Below are positions 40,901-50,739 of a stretch of DNA of 64,000 nucleotides, in pieces. Origin of the DNA: Desulfurococcaceae archaeon. Lineage in GTDB: Archaea > Thermoproteota > Thermoprotei_A > Sulfolobales > Desulfurococcaceae. The DNA lies in assembly GCA_038816475.1 (NCBI GenBank), contig JAWBAI010000002.1:109618-173617 (forward strand). The letters run 5' to 3'. Both the position numbers and the translations under genes were made by a program. Each line of letters starts with the position of its first letter. The stretch's first letter is position 1. The notes beneath the pieces were generated by a model. That model was not told the DNA's origin, ran no database searches, and worked only from the letters and a program-made list of their open reading frames with translations.

Positions 40901-41932
40901 GTGCTACGGAAGCGCGTACGTTTGGTAGTGCTAGTAGTCGTGGTTGCGCTCGTCGCTCTCACTTTGGGATTTACATATGTAGATAGGAGTGTTACGGTTG
41001 GTGTTTACTTCTATGTGTGGTACTCTTCCGATGGAAGACACTGGGATCCCAGCATGGATCCCGCTTGGGCTGTTGTTGAGCAACCTGTCATAAGATTCTA
41101 CGATTCGCGGGATGAGCGCGTGATACGGTGGCAGCTGAAGCTTATAAAAGATGCAGGAGTAGACTTCATTGTGATCAGCTGGTGGGGTCCAGGAAGCTTC
41201 GAGGACGAGGCGGCCAAGGCTGTTATTAAGCATCTGAGAAAGTATGGATTAAAATTCGCAATCCTGGTTGAACCATACCTAGGTAATGAGCCAGCCCTCT
41301 ACAACAGGAGTTTCTGGGAGAACACTACCAGATACATTAGAGTGAACTACATAGAACCCTACGGAGACCTCTACTTTCACCTACACGGTAAACCACTCAT
41401 TCTCGCGTTCAACCCCATTGGTTTATCGTATAGACCAGACGCTGACTTTCCAGAGTTCACTATAAGGATCACGGGAAACGATATCGATAACGCTAAATAC
41501 CAGGACTGGGATTACTGGCCTGACTACCTACTACACTCAGACAGCGTTGAGCTCAGGGTGAGAAGAGACAACATGGTCTCGATAATCCCGCGATACTGTG
41601 ACATTCATTTTAGAACACCAGGGGCGTGCTTGGATCCAGACCTCACGCAGGGCTTCTACAGAAAGCAGTGGGAGTGGATACTCAGGAACGCGGACAAGGT
41701 GAGCATAGTCATGATTACAAGCTGGAACGAGTATCATGAGAGAACTCAGATAGAGCCAAGCTTTTCGAACCAAACGGCAGATCCATGGTTCCTCTACAAC
41801 AAAACAAAGGAGTACATAGCACTCCTAAGGCGCAGAAGTACCATGATCAACCTAGTCGTAGTGACCGTGCTCGTATTCATTGCTGCAATCGTTATGAAGC
41901 ATGCATTAGGTTTCATTAAGAAGATAGTTTAA
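40901..41932 (+). CDS. GH99/GH71-like glycoside hydrolase, membrane anchored
   Basis: YVWY, YDS.D..VI.WQ...AGVD..ISWWG, ITSWNEYHE.TQIEP; hydrophobic N- and C-termini. Confidence 0.85.
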   Translation: MLRKRVRLVVLVVVVALVALTLGFTYVDRSVTVGVYFYVWYSSDGRHWDPSMDPAWAVVEQPVIRFYDSRDERVIRWQLKLIKDAGVDFIVISWWGPGSFEDEAAKAVIKHLRKYGLKFAILVEPYLGNEPALYNRSFWENTTRYIRVNYIEPYGDLYFHLHGKPLILAFNPIGLSYRPDADFPEFTIRITGNDIDNAKYQDWDYWPDYLLHSDSVELRVRRDNMVSIIPRYCDIHFRTPGACLDPDLTQGFYRKQWEWILRNADKVSIVMITSWNEYHERTQIEPSFSNQTADPWFLYNKTKEYIALLRRRSTMINLVVVTVLVFIAAIVMKHALGFIKKIV

Positions 41933-42215
41933 GATAGCGTAGCACTGCATACACCTGCCTAAACGATGCACTCAACAGCCTACCGTATTTACTGATCCAC
42001 GTCCACAAGGCGACGTAGCGAGATCAGTAAAATACCTACGCTAACATGGGTTCTTCAAGAAGATGCATGCACGCTGGTCGATTAAAGCTGTTCAGCGGGT
42101 ACAACATAACTTTTCCTCTTCCACCTCCATAGCATGTTTTAGATGGAGGCGTGCTTAAGCCTGTGAAGATAGCAGGTACTACTGTAGAGTTGTTATCAAA
42201 AAGAGTACCCGTATA

Positions 42216-42258
42216 TCACTACTACTCTTCACAGTTCACGTGCACCGGTCGTCATCAT
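42216..42258 (-). ncRNA. possible degenerate box C/D sRNA
   Basis: ATGATGA-cgaccggtgcac-GTGA-act-GTGAAGA; second guide/D box short or degenerate. Confidence 0.45.
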
Positions 42259-42358
42259 CGTGTGTTGTTAACATGATAGCACATATAGCTCTAAACACTG
42301 TAGCCAGATTTCTTGTGGATACCGCGTTAACCGATAAGAAAAGGAGTGAGGTGTATTT

Positions 42359-42454
42359 GTGTGGTCTGCAACGAGTACTGTGATCACTGCTGCTGTGCTG
42401 ACAGTGCTCTACACGTTCATGGTTCTAATAGCAATACTAGCTGTTGCTCCTTGA
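42359..42454 (+). CDS. putative 31-aa hydrophobic peptide
   Basis: GGAGTGAGGTG SD then GTG; MWSATSTVITAAVLTVLYTFMVLIAILAVAP. Confidence 0.4.
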   Translation: MWSATSTVITAAVLTVLYTFMVLIAILAVAP

Positions 42455-42578
42455 CCATAGCATAAAATCCCATCTGTTCACATACTCATTCATGTGGGAA
42501 TTAGTTACCGTGATAACCACGTAAGTTAGTCTTTTTTACCACTAAGACCATTGTTGAAATCTGGCTGGGTGTGTAAGT

Positions 42579-43319
42579 ATGGGATTCCCAGTAGCTGCAG
42601 CGTACGATCGAGCAATAACGATATTCTCGCCAGACGGTAGAGTATACCAAGTGGAGTACGCTTTTGAAGCTGTAAGAAGAGGTTGGACTACTCTAGGTTT
42701 GAAAACAAGAACAGCGTCTGTCGTAGTTGCTGAAAAAAGGAAGATATCACCGCTCTCTGATGAAACAACTATTCAGAAGATATTCAAAATAGACGATCAC
42801 GTGGGCGCGAGCTATGCTGGTATGGCTGGTGATGGAAGAATTCTGATCGACTACGCCATATACCAGGCGCTACTGTACAGATTCTACTACGATGAACCCA
42901 TACCAGTAGAGTACATTACTAAGCTCGTATGCGATGTAAAGCAGATGTATACACAGCATGCTGGTGTAAGACCATTCGGTGTATCCATAATATTCTCCGG
43001 CGTAGACGATAAGGGTCCACAGCTATTCATGACTGAGCCTAGTGGAAGATACCTAGGTTACTACGCTACAGCTATAGGTGAGAAGAGCAACGTTGTCCTC
43101 GAGTACCTGGAGAAGAACTACAGATACGACTTAGACGTTAAGGATACAATAAAGCTAGCACTTCTAACGATTATCAACATAATTGAGTCTAAACCATACG
43201 AGAATTTCATTGAGATTGGTTACGCTGATATACACAACAGGAAGTTCATGGTTCTCAAACCGGAGGAGGTAAGAGCATATATCAAGGAACTAGAGAGCGA
43301 AGGTAAGATAAAAAGCTGA
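42579..43319 (+). CDS. psmA: proteasome alpha subunit
   Basis: YDRAITIFSPDGRVYQVEYA, RPFGVS. Confidence 0.98.
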   Translation: MGFPVAAAYDRAITIFSPDGRVYQVEYAFEAVRRGWTTLGLKTRTASVVVAEKRKISPLSDETTIQKIFKIDDHVGASYAGMAGDGRILIDYAIYQALLYRFYYDEPIPVEYITKLVCDVKQMYTQHAGVRPFGVSIIFSGVDDKGPQLFMTEPSGRYLGYYATAIGEKSNVVLEYLEKNYRYDLDVKDTIKLALLTIINIIESKPYENFIEIGYADIHNRKFMVLKPEEVRAYIKELESEGKIKS

Positions 43320-43396
43320 AATAGACTATTATAATCACAGGTTTTACGTGCACTGAGAGTCTTTTAAGTCTACTTTTACAGCTTTGGTGTAACCCC

Positions 43397-44092
43397 TTGA
43401 AGGAAAAACACGTTATTGCACGCTTTGAAGCAAAGGGACATAGGTTCGAGATCCTCGTAGATCCCGATAAAGCTCTGCAACTTAGAGAAGGTAAAAGCAT
43501 TAGCATAGATGAAGTCCTGGTCAGCGACTTTGTGTACAAGGATGCAAAGAAAGGCCTCAAGGCTTCTCCTGAGTCCATGAGAGCCGTGTTTGGTACGGAT
43601 GATCCCAGAACAGTTGCACTGGAGATAATAAAGAGAGGTGAAATTCAGCTCACAGCAGAACAACGTCGTAAGCTAATAGAGGAGAAGAAAGCTCAGATCC
43701 TTAACCTCATAGCGAGAAACGTTGTTGACCCTAAGACGAAGCTCCCAATACCCGTTAAAAGACTAGAACTAGCCATGGAGCAAGCCAGGGTCTCAGTGGA
43801 TCCCTTTAAACCAGCTGAACAGCAGCTCGAAGACATTATTTCGCAGCTGGCTAAGGTTATTCCTATAAAGGTGGCAAAAGCCTACGTTGCTGTAAAACTA
43901 CCCTCTGATGTTGCTAGTAGAGGTCTTAAAATGCTTCAGGGGATGGGAACAGTTAAGAAAACGGTTTGGCTTAGTGATGGAAGCTTGAATGTGGAACTCG
44001 AAATACCTGCTGGACTACAGCAGGAGTTAATAGACAGAGTTAACGCTTTGACCAAGGGTCGAGGAGATGTTAAAATAATCAGCGTGGTGTAA
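43397..44092 (+). CDS. SBDS/SDO1 ribosome maturation factor
   Basis: GHRFEILVDP, GEIQLTAEQRR, VDPKTKLP. Confidence 0.95.
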   Translation: MKEKHVIARFEAKGHRFEILVDPDKALQLREGKSISIDEVLVSDFVYKDAKKGLKASPESMRAVFGTDDPRTVALEIIKRGEIQLTAEQRRKLIEEKKAQILNLIARNVVDPKTKLPIPVKRLELAMEQARVSVDPFKPAEQQLEDIISQLAKVIPIKVAKAYVAVKLPSDVASRGLKMLQGMGTVKKTVWLSDGSLNVELEIPAGLQQELIDRVNALTKGRGDVKIISVV

Positions 44093-44096
44093 CTCT

Positions 44097-44822
44097 ATGA
44101 AGCTTATCGTGGCAGATAGACAGCTTGTTAGACCGGGAGACTGCATCGCTGTGCTCGAGGAAAACGAGGTTGTTCCAGGAGCAGAGCTTAGGCATTTCCC
44201 CGAAAAGCACATCTACATTGTAGGAAACAAGGTTTACAGCGACGTACTTGGAGTTGTAAGCGTTGAAGACAAGAACATCAGTATTATACCACTAGAGGGT
44301 GTTTACACACCACGAAAGGATGATCTCGTAATTGGAGTCGTGGTCGATGTGGGTTTATCATCATGGTTTGTTGATATAAAAGCACCTTACAAAGCTATTC
44401 TTCCAGCGAGTGATGTCATAGAGGGGTTTAACCCAGCTGTACACAACCTGAGAAACTACCTAGATACAGGAGACTTCGTACTGGCTAAAATAGCGTCTTT
44501 CGATAGGCTTCGAGACCCTGTTCTAACTGTTAAGGGTAAAGGACTTGGTAAGATCGTTGATGGTTTTGTAATTGATATAAAGCCGAGCAAAGTTGCCAGA
44601 GTCATAGGTAGGAAGGGTAGTATGTTCAACGTACTAACTTCTCTGACTAAGTGCGAGCTTACCATAGGATTAAACGGGTACATATGGGCTAAATGCCCCA
44701 GTGAACAGTCCCTTAAAGCACTAGTAAAGTCTGTAAGATTAATAGAAGCTAAAGCACACTTAAGAGGTCTCACAGAAGAGGTGAAAATGCTTCTAGAATC
44801 AGAAATGGGTGTATACAAGTGA
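44097..44822 (+). CDS. rrp4: exosome RNA-binding protein Rrp4
   Basis: IPLEGVY.P...DLVIG S1 domain, [11 protein letters not shown] domain, G.NGYIW. Confidence 0.95.
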   Translation: MKLIVADRQLVRPGDCIAVLEENEVVPGAELRHFPEKHIYIVGNKVYSDVLGVVSVEDKNISIIPLEGVYTPRKDDLVIGVVVDVGLSSWFVDIKAPYKAILPASDVIEGFNPAVHNLRNYLDTGDFVLAKIASFDRLRDPVLTVKGKGLGKIVDGFVIDIKPSKVARVIGRKGSMFNVLTSLTKCELTIGLNGYIWAKCPSEQSLKALVKSVRLIEAKAHLRGLTEEVKMLLESEMGVYK

Positions 44823-45550
44823 GTAGTAAACCGGTGTTGATTAGAGAAGATGGAACTCGAGTAGATGGTCGAAAACCAGATGAACTTCGCCCTGTTAGGA
44901 TAACCGTGGGTGTTCTAAAGAACGCTAATGGAAGCGCGCTAGTGGAGTACGGTGGTACAAAAGTACTTGCAGCTGTGTATGGTCCAAGGGAAGTACTACC
45001 AAGGCACATAGCTCTACCGGACAGAGCTGTTCTAAGAGTAAGGTACCACATGGCTCCCTTCTCAACAGAGGAGCGTAAAAGTCCTGCTCCAACGCGGAGA
45101 GAAATAGAGCTTTCAAAGGTTATAAGAGAAGCTCTAGAGGCTGTTGTTTTCACGTACATGTTTCCTCGTTCTGGTATAGACGTGTTTATTGAGGTACTAC
45201 AAGCTGATGGAGGAACGAGAACTGCTGGTTTAACAGCAGCTTCAGTAGCTCTGGCTGATGCTGGTATTCCAATGAAGGACTTAGCGATAGGAGTAGCCAT
45301 AGGCAAGGTCAACGGAACCCTGGTCGTAGACGTGAACGAGCTTGAAGACCAGTACGGGGAAGCCGATATGCCCGTAGGGATACTACCAAACTTAAACGAG
45401 GTTGTACTACTCCAGTTGAACGGTGTACTAACACCGGAAGAGTTCAACAAGGCGATTAGCTTAGCATTCTCAGCTGCTGAGCACATATACAAAATTGCTA
45501 AAGAAGCTCTTTACCTAAAGTACTTAAAAATGGCTGAGGAGGCTAGATAA
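44819..45550 (+). CDS. rrp41: exosome exonuclease Rrp41
   Basis: [31 protein letters not shown]. Confidence 0.97.
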   Translation: MSSKPVLIREDGTRVDGRKPDELRPVRITVGVLKNANGSALVEYGGTKVLAAVYGPREVLPRHIALPDRAVLRVRYHMAPFSTEERKSPAPTRREIELSKVIREALEAVVFTYMFPRSGIDVFIEVLQADGGTRTAGLTAASVALADAGIPMKDLAIGVAIGKVNGTLVVDVNELEDQYGEADMPVGILPNLNEVVLLQLNGVLTPEEFNKAISLAFSAAEHIYKIAKEALYLKYLKMAEEAR

Positions 45551-45552
45551 CT

Positions 45553-46416
45553 ATGAGCATTACACCCGAAAAAGAGCCTCTTCCAAAGCTGTACGTTGAA
45601 CAGCTGGTGAAGAGCCTAAAACGCGGAGAGAGAGTAGATGGTCGTGGTTTACTAGACTACAGACCGATCTCGGTTATCCTTAATCCAATAGAGAAGTCAG
45701 AAGGAAGTGCTCTCGTTAAGTTAGGTAAAACGCAGATCATTGCCGGTGTAAAACTGGACATAGGTGCACCATACCCGGATAGACCAAACGAAGGTGTTTT
45801 ACAGGTGCACGCGGAGTTTGTTCCACTGGCTTCACCATCCTTTGAACCCGGGCCTCCAGATGAGAACGCTATTGAACTTGCTAGGGTTATAGATAGATCT
45901 CTCAGAGAACCCAGAGTACTAGACCTCGAGAAGCTCATCATAGAACCTGGAAAACTAGCATGGGTTGTCTTTAACGACATATACCTGGTAGACCACGCTG
46001 GAAACGCCATTGATGCTGGAATGCTGGCTTCTGTACTAGCTCTTGCAACAGCAAAAATGCCCCGGCTTCTGAAGCTAGAACAGGGCTACAAAATTGATAA
46101 GAGTAACAGGGAGAACCCGCTACCCGTGAGAAACATCGTTGTATCCGTAACCATGGGTATCATTGGCGATATCGTATTCGTAGATCCCTCCCTCGAGGAA
46201 GAGTACATCGCTGAATCAGTAATCACAATCGCTGTGGACGAAGAGGGTAGAATATGCGGTATACAGAAGCGTGGTGAAAAAGGAATTACCAGGACTACGC
46301 TTGAAAAATCAGTAGACATAGCATTGAGCAAAGGAAGGTGGCTTATAAGCTACATTAAGAATATCCTAAATAACCCTGGTAACTATGTTAAACCCCTATC
46401 GGAAATGGGTGCTTAA
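45553..46416 (+). CDS. rrp42: exosome subunit Rrp42
   Basis: RVDGRGLLDYR, FEPGPPDENAIELARVIDRSLR. Confidence 0.97.
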   Translation: MSITPEKEPLPKLYVEQLVKSLKRGERVDGRGLLDYRPISVILNPIEKSEGSALVKLGKTQIIAGVKLDIGAPYPDRPNEGVLQVHAEFVPLASPSFEPGPPDENAIELARVIDRSLREPRVLDLEKLIIEPGKLAWVVFNDIYLVDHAGNAIDAGMLASVLALATAKMPRLLKLEQGYKIDKSNRENPLPVRNIVVSVTMGIIGDIVFVDPSLEEEYIAESVITIAVDEEGRICGIQKRGEKGITRTTLEKSVDIALSKGRWLISYIKNILNNPGNYVKPLSEMGA

Positions 46417-46418
46417 GT

Positions 46419-46679
46419 GTGGCTAGAACAAAGGTTGTAAAGATAGCAGGTAGGTACGGAGCAAGATACGGAGCAACACTTAGAAAGAAAGTTAGAGATG
46501 TTCTAATGAAGCGCTACGCACCACACACATGCCCGTTTTGCGCTCACAGAGGAAGAGTAGTTAGGATTAGTACTGGAATATGGATGTGTAAGAAGTGCGG
46601 AGCAAAGTGGACTGGAGGAGCGTATGTTCCTAGAACAGAACTATCGAAAACATTTCCAAGCGTTGTGGTCAGGGACTAG
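46419..46679 (+). CDS. rpl37ae: 50S ribosomal protein L37Ae
   Basis: GRYGARYGATLRK, CPFC, GIWMCKKC, GGAY. Confidence 0.97.
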   Translation: MARTKVVKIAGRYGARYGATLRKKVRDVLMKRYAPHTCPFCAHRGRVVRISTGIWMCKKCGAKWTGGAYVPRTELSKTFPSVVVRD

Positions 46680-46684
46680 GGTTT

Positions 46685-47236
46685 TTGATTCTTCTCACAA
46701 CATCACATAGGCCTTCACCAAGAACTAGAAGCTTTATTAAAGACCTTGCATCTGTTCTTCCACGCTCTCAGAGAGTAAACAGAGGGCATAAAACAATCGT
46801 TGAACTAGCGATCGAGGCTCGGAGAAGAAACTGTTCTTTCCTAGCTATAGTTTCGGAGAAGCACGGTAATCCTGGTGCTATCCACATATACGAGGTCAAA
46901 GACGGCTACCCGCATCCCTCCGTAGAGATGTTCGTGGGGGTAGAACTAGGTGGAGTTAAGCTTTCACGTGAAAACCCAGAATCCTCGAGAGCATACAATG
47001 CCGAGAGTATAAGCGTGGACTACACAAAGTGCCTATCCGATGACTGCTTCTACCTTGCCGATGCTTTGATCAAGGTATTCAGCAAAATACACAGTAATAG
47101 TGCTAGCTTGAAACTAGTACTAGAAGAATCCGAGTTCATCGTTGTAAAGTGGTTAAATGTTCACGGAAACCCTGTTGGTCCTCTGCTTGAAGTTAAAAGA
47201 GTTGTAAAAGGTGGATCATTTGAAAGTAGAAGTTAA
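46685..47236 (+). CDS. Brix/IMP4-like ribosome biogenesis protein
   Basis: TTSHRPSPRTRSFIKDL, NRG, GNP. Confidence 0.9.
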   Translation: MILLTTSHRPSPRTRSFIKDLASVLPRSQRVNRGHKTIVELAIEARRRNCSFLAIVSEKHGNPGAIHIYEVKDGYPHPSVEMFVGVELGGVKLSRENPESSRAYNAESISVDYTKCLSDDCFYLADALIKVFSKIHSNSASLKLVLEESEFIVVKWLNVHGNPVGPLLEVKRVVKGGSFESRS

Positions 47237-47501
47237 GTACAGCATCGAGTTCCCCTCGGAAAACCTGGGGTACGCCGTATACAGAGCTCTCGTACCTGAC
47301 GTAAGAAACGTGCCTGAAGTCTGTAAAGCTGATATAAGCGTAGAAGGCAAACGACTTGTTTTAACCATGAACTGCAGTAGTATAAGCAAGCTACGTGCAC
47401 TCAACAACAGCTTTATAGGTGTTTTAGCACTTCTACTAAGAGTTGTAGGTGATGCCGAAAATGTCTACTGGAAAGCAACAGGAGAAAACTCTCCCACCTG
47501 A
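47211..47501 (+). CDS. pcc1: KEOPS subunit Pcc1
   Basis: VYRALVPD, LRALNNSF; superoperon position. Confidence 0.8.
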   Translation: MDHLKVEVKYSIEFPSENLGYAVYRALVPDVRNVPEVCKADISVEGKRLVLTMNCSSISKLRALNNSFIGVLALLLRVVGDAENVYWKATGENSPT

Positions 47502-47841
47502 AGTTCAGCAACTACTCGTGCAGCATCAAACACTGAGAGATCACTACACTAGAATCGAAGCTGAACTACGCATAGTGGAGGCTGAGTTAAGCGAGATCGA
47601 CAGTATCATTGATGCTCTGAAGAACTTGAGTGACGATGCTGAAGTGTACAAGGCTGTGGGACACGTACTTGTGAGAAAAACCAAAGCCGACATTTGGAAG
47701 GAACTCGAGGAGAGAAAAGAGCTCTTGGTGATAAAACGCGATAAGTACAAAAAGCAACTGGACTTTCTAAGTAAGCAGATAAACGATCTCGAGAACAAAA
47801 TACGCGAAGCTCTTGAAAAACATGGCTTAATTACAAGGTGA
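47449..47841 (+). CDS. pfdB: prefoldin beta subunit
   Basis: LPPEVQ, DAEVYKAVGHVLV, ELEERKELL. Confidence 0.93.
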   Translation: MMPKMSTGKQQEKTLPPEVQQLLVQHQTLRDHYTRIEAELRIVEAELSEIDSIIDALKNLSDDAEVYKAVGHVLVRKTKADIWKELEERKELLVIKRDKYKKQLDFLSKQINDLENKIREALEKHGLITR

Positions 47842-47852
47842 AATAACCCAGA

Positions 47853-48161
47853 ATGAAGTCTAATAAACTGTATTTTTCTACACTCAGTAGTCTGAGTGAA
47901 GATGAGCTAGAGGAGCTCGTAGATACACTGGAAAGGGAAGCTGAAAAACACCTTGAAAAAATTCTTCCCCCTAAAACAGACTACAGCATAGTTATAAGCA
48001 TTGTAAAAAAGAGCAACAGTGTTGATGTTGTTCTCGACGTTACAGTTAGAGGAAGTATTGCTTATTCAAGGGATTTCAACAACGTAGTAGCAGAGACCAT
48101 TAAGCACATCAGGGATAAACTCACAGAAGTTCTTGAAAGTAGAGTTAAGCTTCAAGAATAA
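47853..48161 (+). CDS. small conserved protein (DUF3194-like)
   Basis: follows pfdB; helix-strand-strand-helix pattern. Confidence 0.6.
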   Translation: MKSNKLYFSTLSSLSEDELEELVDTLEREAEKHLEKILPPKTDYSIVISIVKKSNSVDVVLDVTVRGSIAYSRDFNNVVAETIKHIRDKLTEVLESRVKLQE

Positions 48162-48244
48162 AAGCTAAAAAGCAATTCTGAGTTCTAAAGTATAAATCGC
48201 CCTCTGAGAATAGTGAACTCTGTGCTTTCAAGAGGTAGATAACC

Positions 48245-50455
48245 ATGGTAAAGTACAAGCAGACGATCGAAGTACTCAAGATAATGAGAAACATAGAGCA
48301 GGTTAGAAACATTGGCATTACAGCTCACGTAGACCACGGTAAAACCACAACTTCGGATTCACTGCTCAGCGCTGCTGGTTTACTCTCGGAGAAGCTCGCT
48401 GGACAAGCACTTGCATTAGACTACCTGGACATCGAGCAGAGAAGACAGATGACTGTTAAAGCCGCAAACGTAAGCCTTTACCACGAGTACAAGGGTAAAC
48501 CCTACGTGATAAACCTGATCGATACACCGGGACACGTTGATTTTCAGTCAAAGACCCTGAGAGCTTTGAGAGCTATTGATGGAGCAATAGTTGTTGTTGA
48601 CGCTGTGGAAGGCGTGATGACTCAAACGGAAATGTACCTGCGTGTTGCTCTGGAGGAGAGAGTTAAACCAATACTCTTCATAAACAAGATAGACAGGTTG
48701 ATAAAGGAGCTGAAGCTTTCTCCAAGTCAAATACAGCAGAGGCTTGTGCAAATAATCAAGGACATTAACACCTTGATATCCATGTACGCTGATAAGGAGT
48801 TTCAAAAAGCATGGCTTCTGGACCCGGCTAAAGGGCAAGTAGCATTCGGCTCTGCCAGAGATAGATGGGGGTTAACGATTCCACTAGCACAGCAGAAGGG
48901 CATCAAGATCTCGGATATAATTGATGCTTACAACCGAGGTAAAGAAGGAGTAGCTGAACTTCAAAAGCAAGTACCGCTACACGAAGCTCTGCTCGACATG
49001 GTGGTAAAGTTCCTGCCTAATCCCAGGGAAGCTCAAAAGTACAGAATACCGAAGATTTGGCATGGTGATCTCAACAGCGAGGTAGCAAAAGCCATGGTAG
49101 AGTGCGATCCAAACGGACCCTTAGTAATGATGGCTACAGACGTGAAAGTAGACCCACACGCTGGTCTAGTTGCTACCGGTAGAGTTTTCTCTGGAACAGT
49201 GAAACCGGGAGAAGAGGTCTTCCTGGTGAACGCTAGAACAGCTCAGCGTGTTCTACAGGTAGGGCTCTACATGGGTCCTTACCGGGAGATCGCAGACTAC
49301 ATAACAGCTGGAAACATCGCAGCTACTCTAGGACTGGACAAGGCTAGAGCTGGTGAAACCATAGTATCCCCGTTACTGAAGGACGTCATGACGCCCTTTG
49401 AAAGGTTCAGAATGATAACAGAATCCGTTGTAACCGTTGCATTAGAACCAAAGAACCCACAGCAGTTAACCAAGATGATCGATTCTCTCTACAAGCTACA
49501 CCTGGAAGACCCAAGCCTTGTTGTAAAAATAAACGAGGAAACAGGAGAGTACATACTCAGCGGTGTTGGTACTCTTCACATTGAAATAGCACTAACTCTT
49601 CTCAAGGAGATGTACGGACTAGAAGTTGTAGCTTCACCACCGGTGATCGTCTACAGAGAAACCATAAGAGATAAAAGCCAGATATTCGAAGGTAAATCAC
49701 CCAACAAGCACAACAAGTTCTACATTAGCGTTGAACCCTTGGACGAGGAAGCGATTAAGCTAATACAGGAGGGTATAATCACGGAGGACATGGATCCAAG
49801 AGAACGAGCCAAGCTGCTTCGAGACCACGCTGGATGGGATACCGATGTTGCTAGAAGAATAATAGCTATCGACGAGAACATAAATGTTCTCGTGGACCTA
49901 ACAACCGGAGTTCAGTACCTGAGAGAAGTTAGAGATACGCTAATACAAGGCTTTAGGCTTGCAGTAAGAGAGGGTCCACTAGCTCACGAGCCGGTGAGAG
50001 GACTCAAGGTAATACTACACGACGCTGTGATCCACGAAGACCCAGCGCACAGAGGTCCTGCACAGATATACCCAGCGGTTAGAAACGCTATATTCGCAGG
50101 TTTTCTCACGTCTAAACCAACACTTCTAGAACCGATACTGAAGCTGGATATTAGAACACCATTAGAGTACATTGGTAACATATCAGTTATTATTACGAAG
50201 AAACGCGGTAAAATGCTCGATGTTCAACAGAGTGAAAACCTAGCTAGAATACTAGCTGAAGTACCGGTTGCAGAGTCCTTTGACTTAGCAGACATGCTCA
50301 GAAACGCTACAGCAGGTAAAGCTATATGGGGTCAGGACTTCAGCCGCTGGGCACCTGTACCGGAGTCTCTGCTAATGGACCTGATCGCCAAGATCAGAAC
50401 GAGGAAAGGACTGAAACCAGAACCACCAAAGCCTGAGGATTTCATAGGGATCTAG
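48245..50455 (+). CDS. fusA: elongation factor EF-2
   Basis: [29 protein letters not shown] diphthamide loop. Confidence 0.98.
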   Translation: MVKYKQTIEVLKIMRNIEQVRNIGITAHVDHGKTTTSDSLLSAAGLLSEKLAGQALALDYLDIEQRRQMTVKAANVSLYHEYKGKPYVINLIDTPGHVDFQSKTLRALRAIDGAIVVVDAVEGVMTQTEMYLRVALEERVKPILFINKIDRLIKELKLSPSQIQQRLVQIIKDINTLISMYADKEFQKAWLLDPAKGQVAFGSARDRWGLTIPLAQQKGIKISDIIDAYNRGKEGVAELQKQVPLHEALLDMVVKFLPNPREAQKYRIPKIWHGDLNSEVAKAMVECDPNGPLVMMATDVKVDPHAGLVATGRVFSGTVKPGEEVFLVNARTAQRVLQVGLYMGPYREIADYITAGNIAATLGLDKARAGETIVSPLLKDVMTPFERFRMITESVVTVALEPKNPQQLTKMIDSLYKLHLEDPSLVVKINEETGEYILSGVGTLHIEIALTLLKEMYGLEVVASPPVIVYRETIRDKSQIFEGKSPNKHNKFYISVEPLDEEAIKLIQEGIITEDMDPRERAKLLRDHAGWDTDVARRIIAIDENINVLVDLTTGVQYLREVRDTLIQGFRLAVREGPLAHEPVRGLKVILHDAVIHEDPAHRGPAQIYPAVRNAIFAGFLTSKPTLLEPILKLDIRTPLEYIGNISVIITKKRGKMLDVQQSENLARILAEVPVAESFDLADMLRNATAGKAIWGQDFSRWAPVPESLLMDLIAKIRTRKGLKPEPPKPEDFIGI

Positions 50456-50585
50456 AGTAGTTCCCGGTTAAGCTAGAAGCAGTATTACCCATAGTTTTTC
50501 AGTTACCTCTAGTATCAGTAGCTACATACTGGTCTCAACATCGAGCGTAATGGAGACGTTCACACTTAACTGAGTTTTTGTTAAA

Positions 50586-50686
50586 CGCCGGGGCGGGGAT
50601 TTGAACCCCGGACCACCGGGTTTCTACCAGGCTGAACCCCAGTGCGGTTAACAGCCCGGCGCTCTACCAGGCTGAGCTACCCCGGC
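50586..50686 (-). tRNA. tRNA-Asn(GTT) with 27-nt intron at 37/38 (50622-50648)
   Basis: GCCGGGG/CCCCGGC acceptor, CCGGG-CT-GTT-A|intron|A-CCCGG, relaxed BHB (CUGU/GUAG helix); 74 nt after splicing. Confidence 0.95.
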
Positions 50687-50739
50687 GCAACCGCCGTTTC
50701 TCTCTTATCCTCTGAGGGGGTTTAAATTCATGAGGAGTT

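Noticed and set aside
44770-45492. Long antisense ORFs (240 aa opposite rrp41; similar ones opposite thsA and gatE)
   Set aside because: Shadow frames of conserved genes
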